A DNA stretch of 46,516 nt from Candidatus Aminicenantes bacterium (GTDB lineage: Bacteria > Acidobacteriota > Aminicenantia > Aminicenantales > UBA4085), in the NCBI GenBank assembly GCA_016867585.1, contig VGJF01000002.1:1-46516 (forward strand), written 5' to 3'. The position numbers and the translations under genes were made by a program. Shown here piece by piece: positions 23,935 to 31,270 of the stretch. Numbering within the stretch: the first letter of the stretch is position 1; each line of letters opens with the position of its first letter. The notes under the pieces were generated by a model, which had not been told where the DNA came from, ran no database searches, and was given only the letters and a program-made list of their open reading frames with translations.

Positions 23935-26090
23935 GAACGCGGACGGCTTCAGTCCTTCTTCTGGCCATAGGGATGACGGCCTGCGCGACGATCAGTCCGC
24001 AGTACCAGCTCGGGGCGCGGGCGGAGATCGGGGGGCAGTGGGAGGAGGCGATCCGCTGCTATCAGAAGGCCTCTCTGGAGAATCCCAAGAGTCCGATCTA
24101 TCGGGCCGCCCTGGAACGGGCCCGCTTCGGGGCAAGCCTGTTCTATCTCCAGCAGGCGAGGCTGTGGGTGGCTCAGGACAAGCGGGAGGAGGCCAAGGCG
24201 GCCTACGCCAAGGCGATGGAGTACAATCCGCGCGACGCGATGATCGCCTACGAAGCCCAGAAGGCGCTGGCGGAAGGGCCGAAGGAGGTGGCCGAGCCGA
24301 AGCCGGCCAGGATCGAGTTCCCGATCAAGCTGCGGCCGAAGGACGAGCTGCTGCAGGTTCGTTTTCCAACGGAGACGTCGCTGCGGTCGATCTTCCAGGC
24401 GCTCGGCCGGGCGGCGGGAGTGGCCGTCGTTTTCGACGAAAACTTCCGCGACATCCCTTTCACGGCCGACGCGTCGAACCAGACCTTCGAACAGGCCTTG
24501 AGGTCGATCACCCTGGCGACAAAACACTTCACCCGGATCATCGACGAGAAGACGGTCATGGTCATCCCGGACCAGCCGTTGAAGAGGATCCAGTACGAGG
24601 TCAACTGCATCAAGACCTTCTATCTTTCCAACGTCATCGCCCAGGAGCTGGTGGCCTCGCTGTCGCAGGCCCTCCGCTCGCAGGTCAAGGCGCCGACGAT
24701 CATCTTCGACAAAGGATTGAACTCGCTGACGATCCGGGGGACGCCGCAGGAGGTCGAGCTGGCCGAGCGGCTGGTCCTGGCCTGGGACAAGCCGAAGGGC
24801 GAGGTCATGATCAAGGTCGAGATCATGGAAGTCAGCCGGATGCGGCTGCGCCAGCTCGGGCTGTCCCTGGACAAGAACATCGTCGGGCTGCGGTACGGAA
24901 CTCCGTCCACGGATGGGACGGCGACGACGAGCTGGTTTCCCCTGACCGGTCTGGGATTGGGCAAGGTCGAGAACTATTCGATCAGCCTGCCGGTCGGCTA
25001 TCTCCAGTTTCTGGAGTCGGACAGCGAAACGAAGGTCATCGCCCAGCCGTGGCTGCGGGGCGTTGCCGACGAGGAGCTCCGCCAGCTCGTCGGGCAGAAG
25101 ATTCCGATCCCGCGGACGACCTTCCAGCCGTTCGCCGCCGGCGGCTTCGCCCAGCAGCCGATCATGAACTACGAGCAGCAGGACGTCGGGATCGAAGTCA
25201 AGATCACGCCGAGGATACATCTCGAGCGCGAGGTCACCCTCCAGACCGAGTTCAAGGTGACCTCGATCGGCGGGACGGGGATCGCCGACATTCCGATCAT
25301 CAATACCCGCGAGCTCAAGGGGGTCATGCGGCTGCGCGAAGGGGAGACCCAGCTCATTGCCGGCCTCCTCCGCGACGAGGAGCGTAGGACGATCAAGGGG
25401 ATCCCCGGACTCAAGGACATCCCCGGCTTGGGCCGACTGTTCGGGTCCGAGGACAGGACGATCGAGCAGACCGACATCCTGATCTCTCTGACGCCGTACA
25501 TCGTCCGGACGATCCCCTTCGGGGCCGACGACGGCCAACCCTTCTGGGTCGACATCGAAACCCAGCCCACGGGGCAGGCGGGAGGGATCCTCGATCCCGA
25601 GCTCGTCGGCCGGGATATCGAGGTTGAAGCCCAGCGGGCCCTCGCCGAGCGACGGGGGCAGGACCAGGGCCCCAACGTCATGCGGCTGGTCCCTCCGAAT
25701 TTCGAGCTTCCCCTGGGCCGGGACGTCCGGGTCAACGTCCAGCTCCAGAATGCCGTCGAAATCGGGACGATCAGCGTCACCTTCAACTACAACCCCAGGA
25801 GCCTCGTCCTCAAGGACGTGACGGAGGGCAACTTGGCCCGCCAGCTCGGAGCGAACATCCCCTTCCTCAAGAACATCGACAACAACGCCGGGATCTGCGT
25901 CATCGGGTTCTCGAGCCCGCAGGTCGGGCGCGGCTTCAAGGGCAGCGGCACTCTGGCCATGCTGACCTTCGAGGCCAAGTCGCCGGGCGAGTCGATCGTC
26001 GCCGTGTCGGCCTGCCAAGCTGCCGGCGGGACCGGCCAGACGGTCGCCGTCCAGACCGCAGAGGCCCAGTCCAGGATCATCGTCCGCTAG
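23931..26090 (+). CDS. Secretin (GspD/PilQ family) lipoprotein with N-terminal TPR-like helices and a C-terminal cohesin-like domain
   Basis: Lipobox-like LLLAIGMTAC. N-domains. Secretin core (TRELKGVMRLREGETQLIAGLL...IPGLKDIPGLGRLFG...DILISLTPYIVR). Then a 193-aa extension with a cohesin-like pattern. Confidence 0.85.
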   Translation: MRTRTASVLLLAIGMTACATISPQYQLGARAEIGGQWEEAIRCYQKASLENPKSPIYRAALERARFGASLFYLQQARLWVAQDKREEAKAAYAKAMEYNPRDAMIAYEAQKALAEGPKEVAEPKPARIEFPIKLRPKDELLQVRFPTETSLRSIFQALGRAAGVAVVFDENFRDIPFTADASNQTFEQALRSITLATKHFTRIIDEKTVMVIPDQPLKRIQYEVNCIKTFYLSNVIAQELVASLSQALRSQVKAPTIIFDKGLNSLTIRGTPQEVELAERLVLAWDKPKGEVMIKVEIMEVSRMRLRQLGLSLDKNIVGLRYGTPSTDGTATTSWFPLTGLGLGKVENYSISLPVGYLQFLESDSETKVIAQPWLRGVADEELRQLVGQKIPIPRTTFQPFAAGGFAQQPIMNYEQQDVGIEVKITPRIHLEREVTLQTEFKVTSIGGTGIADIPIINTRELKGVMRLREGETQLIAGLLRDEERRTIKGIPGLKDIPGLGRLFGSEDRTIEQTDILISLTPYIVRTIPFGADDGQPFWVDIETQPTGQAGGILDPELVGRDIEVEAQRALAERRGQDQGPNVMRLVPPNFELPLGRDVRVNVQLQNAVEIGTISVTFNYNPRSLVLKDVTEGNLARQLGANIPFLKNIDNNAGICVIGFSSPQVGRGFKGSGTLAMLTFEAKSPGESIVAVSACQAAGGTGQTVAVQTAEAQSRIIVR

Positions 26091-26097
26091 CCCGGGG

Positions 26098-26619
26098 ATG
26101 ATTGTCCTCGTCTCGGGTCGCGTCGGGGCGGGCAAATCGACCCTTGTCCGGAAAGCCGCGGTCCAGCTGCGGCGGCGCGGCGTTCCTCTCGCCGGATTCC
26201 GGAGCGAGCGCGTTTTCGGCGGGGACGAGCTCCGGGGCTACGACCTCGTCGATTTGGCCGACGGAAAGCGGACTCCGTGGCTCCGCCGCGGCTCCGCGGG
26301 GGAGCGGATCGGGCCTTACGCCGTCGTCCCGGAGGGGAAAGCCGCCGCGGCGGAGATCATCGGCCGCGGCCCGACCGGCGCGATCCTCGTCGTCGACGAG
26401 CTCGGACCGGCGGAACTCGCCGGGCGGGGATTCTGGCCTTGGCTCGTCCCCCTCCTCGATGACGAGGGGCGGTCCTTCCTGTTCGTGGTCCGGACGGCTT
26501 GTCTTCCCGCCTTCAAGAAGCTCTTCGCAGGCCGCCCGGTGAGGATCTTCCGGACCGGCCCCCGGGCCCTGCCCGAAAACCTCGTCAGCCTCATTCTCGC
26601 CCATGGTCGTCAAGGTTAA
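26098..26619 (+). CDS. P-loop NTPase (THEP1/DUF2478-like)
   Basis: 173 aa. Walker A GRVGAGKST. Walker B-like ILVVDELGPAE. Only 7 nt after the secretin stop. Confidence 0.6.
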   Translation: MIVLVSGRVGAGKSTLVRKAAVQLRRRGVPLAGFRSERVFGGDELRGYDLVDLADGKRTPWLRRGSAGERIGPYAVVPEGKAAAAEIIGRGPTGAILVVDELGPAELAGRGFWPWLVPLLDDEGRSFLFVVRTACLPAFKKLFAGRPVRIFRTGPRALPENLVSLILAHGRQG

Positions 26620-26878
26620 ATTTTTTTCCGCTTTCCGGGAAGTCTTCGGAACGAGGGAGCGCGACTACGTCATTCCCGATGGGGCCCGGGCCCGGGCTCT
26701 TATCGAGGCCATGGCCGACCAGCCGGAACGCCGGGCGGCCTTGCTCCGCGGCTCGAACCTCCATCCTCATCTCGTCCTCCTGGTCGGCGGGGAGGCTCTC
26801 TCCTCCCGGGGCGGGTTGGAGGCCGAGCTTCGCGACGGCGATGTCCTGGCCGTCTTCCCGATGCTTGGCGGCGGGTAA
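26603..26878 (+). CDS. MoaD/ThiS-family ubiquitin-like small protein with a C-terminal Gly-Gly
   Basis: 91 aa. MVVKVKFFSAFREVFG... ending in DGDVLAVFPMLGGG. 17-nt overlap with the NTPase gene. Confidence 0.75.
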   Translation: MVVKVKFFSAFREVFGTRERDYVIPDGARARALIEAMADQPERRAALLRGSNLHPHLVLLVGGEALSSRGGLEAELRDGDVLAVFPMLGGG

Positions 26879-26889
26879 GATACGCTCAT

Positions 26890-26918
26890 TTGACATCCAT
26901 TTGATTCTGTTCGATAAT
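26890..26918 (+). promoter_or_regulatory. Sigma70-type promoter for the AOR gene (TTGACA-17-GATAAT)
   Basis: TTGACA at 26890-26895, 17-nt spacer, GATAAT at 26913-26918, in a 120-nt AT-rich spacer. Confidence 0.5.
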
Positions 26919-26998
26919 AAAATCAATAAGTTAAGGAGAGAACGACGGATTTAGGATTATGGGCGGATCGACAATGAAATCCAAAATCTTCCGATTTC

Positions 26999-28852
26999 AT
27001 GAGTGACCCCTCCTTTGGAATTCACGGAAAAATCCTCGAGATCGACCTTTCCGCGGGCTACGTCCGCGTCCGGCCCTTGGACCCTTCCCTGACGGCCGAC
27101 TATCTCGGCGGGCGGGGGCTGGCGACCCGGCTTTTCTATGAGGCCGTCGACCCGGCCAGCGACCCCTTGGGAGCGGAGAATGTCGTCGTCCTGGCCCCTT
27201 CGCCCCTCATCGGGACGAGCGCCCCGACCGCGGCCCGGGGCCATATGGTCTTCAAGTCGCCTCTGACCGGATTCCTCGGGACCTCGAATTCGGGAGGAGG
27301 CTGGGCCTGGTCGTTCAAGGCGACAGGCTATGACGCTTTAGTCGTCAAGGGCCGGGCTTCTTCTCCCGTCTGGATCGACATCACGCCGGAGAAGGTCGAC
27401 GTCCTTCCCGCCGGCCGTATGTGGGGCAAGGACATCCATGCCCTGACCGACGAGCTCACCACGGGGTTCGAACCGGCCGCTCGACCCCGGGTCCTGGGGA
27501 TCGGTCCGGCGGGGGAAAACCTCGTCAGGTTCGCCGCCGTGGCTAACGACCGAAACCGGGTCTATGGGCGGTGCGGCCCCGGCGCGGTCTGGGGAGCCAA
27601 GAATCTCAAGGCCGTTCGGGCCGCGGGGCGGATGAAAACCCGGGTTCACGACAAGGAGCGCTACCAGTCCGGGTACGAGCAGGCCATGCATCTCATTCGC
27701 CAGGCCCCGGTGACGAAGCGTCTTCTCCGCGAGATGGGCACGGCCGGCCTCGTCGAGCTCATCAATGTCATCGGCATGCTTCCCGGCCGGAATTTTCAGG
27801 ACTGCACCCACCGCGACGAAGACCTGGAGGCCGTCTCCGGCGAGACAATCGCCAAGACCATCCTCGAGCGGGCGGCGGGCTGCTATCTTTGTCCGATCGG
27901 CTGCCAGCGCCATACCCGGGTCGGGGGGAAGGGGGAGCAGGCCGAAGCGGGAGAGGGACCGGAATACGAGACCGTCGTCCTCATGGGGCCGGTTTGCGAC
28001 ATCTACGACTTGGAGGCGATCACCCGGGCCAATTATCGCGCGAACGAGCTCGGTCTCGACACGATCAGCTTCGGAAGCACCGTCGCCTGCGCCATGGAAC
28101 TTGCCGAGCGGGGGCTCATCCCGCCGGCCGAACTCGCCGGTCTCGAACTCCGCTTCGGCCGTGCGGCCGTCCTCGAGCGGCTGGCCGTCGAGACGGCCTT
28201 CCGCCGGGGGGCCGGAGCGCTTCTCGCCGACGGCTCTTTCCGCCTGGCCGAACGGTACGGCCGGCCGGACCTTTCGATGTCCGTCAAGCGGCTCGAAATC
28301 CCGGCCTACGACCCCCGGGCCTCCTTCACCCAAGCCCTGGGCTACATGACCTCGCCCTCGGGAGCCTGCCATCTCCGCGGCGGCTACGCCGTCTCGCTGG
28401 CCTTCTTCGGCGGATGGAAGGAGATTCCCCGGTTCAGCCTCCTCCAGTCGCCGATCGCCATCCGCAACATGCAGAACCACGGCATCCTCCAGGACAGTCT
28501 GGGCGTCTGCCGATTCACCGGCTACGCCTTCGGCAGCGAGCCCTGGTCGCGGATGCTCGCCGGGGCGACGGGCCTGGATTTTTCGGTCGCCCGGCTGGAA
28601 GAGATCTCCAACCGGGTGGCCGCCCTCGAGCGGCTCTTCAACCTCGAGGCCGGGGCCGGAAAGCTCGATGACGCCCTCCCCCCGAGGTTTGCCGAGACGC
28701 CGATCATCGTCGCTGGAGAGGAAAGGGCCGTTTCGGTTGAAATCCAGGAGCGGATGCGTCGCGATTATTATGAGGTCCGGGGCTGGGACGCCGAGGGACG
28801 GCCGAGGCCGGACCTCCTCGGCCGCCTCCGGATCGCGGGGAGGCGGCCATGA
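26999..28852 (+). CDS. Aldehyde:ferredoxin oxidoreductase family (tungstopterin enzyme)
   Basis: 617 aa. AOR N-terminal pattern HGKILEIDLS...YLGGRGLATRL. Fe-S and pterin motifs: GPAGENLVRFA, CYLCPIGC, EYETVVLMGP, GLDTIS. Confidence 0.9.
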   Translation: MSDPSFGIHGKILEIDLSAGYVRVRPLDPSLTADYLGGRGLATRLFYEAVDPASDPLGAENVVVLAPSPLIGTSAPTAARGHMVFKSPLTGFLGTSNSGGGWAWSFKATGYDALVVKGRASSPVWIDITPEKVDVLPAGRMWGKDIHALTDELTTGFEPAARPRVLGIGPAGENLVRFAAVANDRNRVYGRCGPGAVWGAKNLKAVRAAGRMKTRVHDKERYQSGYEQAMHLIRQAPVTKRLLREMGTAGLVELINVIGMLPGRNFQDCTHRDEDLEAVSGETIAKTILERAAGCYLCPIGCQRHTRVGGKGEQAEAGEGPEYETVVLMGPVCDIYDLEAITRANYRANELGLDTISFGSTVACAMELAERGLIPPAELAGLELRFGRAAVLERLAVETAFRRGAGALLADGSFRLAERYGRPDLSMSVKRLEIPAYDPRASFTQALGYMTSPSGACHLRGGYAVSLAFFGGWKEIPRFSLLQSPIAIRNMQNHGILQDSLGVCRFTGYAFGSEPWSRMLAGATGLDFSVARLEEISNRVAALERLFNLEAGAGKLDDALPPRFAETPIIVAGEERAVSVEIQERMRRDYYEVRGWDAEGRPRPDLLGRLRIAGRRP

Positions 28853-30171
28853 GCCCCAGGGACTGGAAGGCGGACGAGGATCTTCTCCGGCTCTTTCAAA
28901 CGATCGGCCGAGCTTCGCTTCTCTGCGACATCCAAGATAGCCACAGCGGCAACATGGCCGTCAAGGTCCGGAACGCGGCCGGGGTCGAGGAGATGGCCAT
29001 CACGGCCACGGGTTCGCAGAAGGGCGACCTCGATGCGGGCCAGATCTGTTTTCTCTCGGCCGGCGGGACCGACTACGGCTATTACAAGGCCTCGTCCGAG
29101 ACGGACATCCACCAGCGGGTCCTCGCTCTTCCGGGCGTCCGGGCGTCGATGCACGCCCACACCAAGGACCTGACCATCGTCACCCTGGACGACGCCCCCA
29201 AGCCGTCGCCGGTTCCCGACTTCGTCCCCGTCGACCCCCTCGGCCGGGCCTACCTCGGCGACCACGTCCATGTCGACTGGTTCGCCGTCCCGAGCGGCTC
29301 GGCGGAGATGGCCGACCTCATCCCCAGGCGGTTGGCCGGCCATCCGGCGACGATCATTCAAAATCACGGGACATTCGCCCGCGCCCGGACGCTCGGAGAG
29401 GCCTTTTTCCTCCTCGGTGTCGCCGACGCTTCGGGCCGGGTCGTCCGGCAGGCCCAGAAGCTCGGCGTCGACGTCGGAGCCCTCCGCGGGCGGATCGCGT
29501 CCGACCCGGCGGCCCATTTTCCCCGTCTTCCCGGGCCTTATGAAATCGAGGACGACGGCCTCTGCGATTTCCCCGAGGAAACCGAGCTTCTGGCGGAATT
29601 CCGAAAAGCGGGAGCGAGGATTTTCGAGTCGCGGCTTTCGCCGTTCCACACGGGGACGATGTCCGTCCGCGGCGTCCGCGACATCCTCTACGCTCCGAAG
29701 GCTTCCCTGCCCCGGGAAATCGGAGGGCCTCTCCGGCGGCTGCCCATGGCCTCCGCCCCGTCCGATTCGGCCGAGCTGGCGGTCCACAAGGCGATCTACG
29801 CCGAAACGGATTTCCAGACGGTCATGCATGTCTGGCTGCCCGAGGCCGAGGCCCATTCCCGCTTTCGCTATCCGGGCGAGGAGGGGGAATCGGACAAAAT
29901 CGTCCCCCTAGACGCCGAGGGAGGTTTTCTCTACCTCGTTATCCCCGTCCTTCCGGCCGAGGCCGGCGAAGAGGAGATCATCCGGAATCTCTTCGACTAC
30001 AAGATCGCCGTCGTCCGGGGGGGAGGCGTTTGGGCCGCTGGAACCCAGTCCTTGAGCGAGGTCCTCCACCATCCCTCCTCGCTGAGGGAAATCTGCCTCT
30101 ACCGCCTCGGGGCCTTCGAGCGGGGGCTCGACCTGCGGAAGATGGAGCCGAAAAAAGCGGCTCGATGGTGA
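28849..30171 (+). CDS. Tandem class II aldolase/adducin-domain protein; the second copy appears to lack the metal ligands
   Basis: First half: HSGNMAV, SSETDIH, MHAHT, QNHGTFA. Second half has the same spacing but HTGTMSV, SAELAVH, MHVWL, RGGGVWA. 4-nt overlap with the AOR gene. Confidence 0.7.
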   Translation: MSPRDWKADEDLLRLFQTIGRASLLCDIQDSHSGNMAVKVRNAAGVEEMAITATGSQKGDLDAGQICFLSAGGTDYGYYKASSETDIHQRVLALPGVRASMHAHTKDLTIVTLDDAPKPSPVPDFVPVDPLGRAYLGDHVHVDWFAVPSGSAEMADLIPRRLAGHPATIIQNHGTFARARTLGEAFFLLGVADASGRVVRQAQKLGVDVGALRGRIASDPAAHFPRLPGPYEIEDDGLCDFPEETELLAEFRKAGARIFESRLSPFHTGTMSVRGVRDILYAPKASLPREIGGPLRRLPMASAPSDSAELAVHKAIYAETDFQTVMHVWLPEAEAHSRFRYPGEEGESDKIVPLDAEGGFLYLVIPVLPAEAGEEEIIRNLFDYKIAVVRGGGVWAAGTQSLSEVLHHPSSLREICLYRLGAFERGLDLRKMEPKKAARW

Positions 30172-30279
30172 TTCAAGGAGAAATCAGGCCTCTTCGGGGC
30201 TTGACCGGTTCGGCGAAAGCCGAAGAGACCGAGATATCGAGGGACAGGGTATCACGTCCCCCCTCGGAAGGAGAAAGGC

Positions 30280-31161
30280 ATGAGATCAACCATCAAGCTG
30301 ACGTCGGGAATCGCCGCCGCCTTGCTCGCGGCCGGGATCGCCGCCGCCCGGCAGCCCGCTCAGGACCCCGGCCCCCTGGTCCGGAACATCCGGGGCGGGC
30401 TCTATTTCGTCAAGGGGGGCATGGCCTTCAACGGCTTCTTCGTCTACGACAAGGGCGTGGTCGTCGTCGACGCGAAAATGACCGCGGACGGATCCCGCCA
30501 GGTCGTCGCCGAGATCGCCAAGGTCACGCCTCTCCCGATCACCCACATCCTGATCACCCACAGCGATCTCGACCATGTCAACGGTCTCGAGGGTTATCCG
30601 AAAGGGGCGGCGATCCTCTCGAGCGAGGCGACGAAAAAGGAGATGGAGGAGGCCTTCCGGGACGAGAAACTGGCCGGACTGCGCGCCTATCTCCCGACCC
30701 GGACGTTCAGCCGAACGCACAGGCTCTCCCTCGGGGGCGAGATCATCGACCTCATCCCGGTCGGCCCGGCCCACACCGCCGGCGACATGATCGTCTTTTT
30801 CCCCGGCCTCAAAACCGCTTTTATCGGGGACCTCGCCTTCGTCGGCCGCGATCCCCTAATCCACCGCCAGAAAAGCGGGACGTCCTTCGGCTATGCCCAG
30901 GCCCTCGAAACCATGATCGCCCTGGAGGCGGAGACGTATCTCGGCGGCCACAACGATCCTCTGAGCAAGGACGACCTGCGGGCCGTTCTTTCCTCTCTCC
31001 GGGAGAAGCAGGATCAGGTCCGGGCTCTCGTCGCCCAAGGGAAAACCCTGGCGGAAGTCAAGGCCGCCTTCGGCGTGGCCGAGCCCGCGGCCGGGGCGGC
31101 CGGACGCTCCCGGCCGGGCCTGGTGGAAATCATCTTTCTCGAACTGACCGAGAAGATGTGA
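30280..31161 (+). CDS. Secreted MBL-fold metallo-hydrolase
   Basis: Signal peptide (LTSGIAAALLAAGIAAA). HxHxDH variant ITHSDLDHVNG. Downstream GPAHTAGD. Confidence 0.8.
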   Translation: MRSTIKLTSGIAAALLAAGIAAARQPAQDPGPLVRNIRGGLYFVKGGMAFNGFFVYDKGVVVVDAKMTADGSRQVVAEIAKVTPLPITHILITHSDLDHVNGLEGYPKGAAILSSEATKKEMEEAFRDEKLAGLRAYLPTRTFSRTHRLSLGGEIIDLIPVGPAHTAGDMIVFFPGLKTAFIGDLAFVGRDPLIHRQKSGTSFGYAQALETMIALEAETYLGGHNDPLSKDDLRAVLSSLREKQDQVRALVAQGKTLAEVKAAFGVAEPAAGAAGRSRPGLVEIIFLELTEKM

Positions 31162-31270
31162 TTCCGCCCTTACCCCCCTGGGACATCTCCATGCTCTTCT
31201 TGGGGGACCTGAAGGTCTTGCCCTGGATATCCCTCGGACACGTCAGGATTTCGATGGAGCGCCGGGGCGG

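Noticed and set aside
23949-26135. 728-aa minus-strand ORF opposite the secretin, and the 520-aa ORF 23825..25387+
   Set aside because: Shadow and off-frame ORFs. The secretin frame (23931..26090+) has the conserved secretin core.
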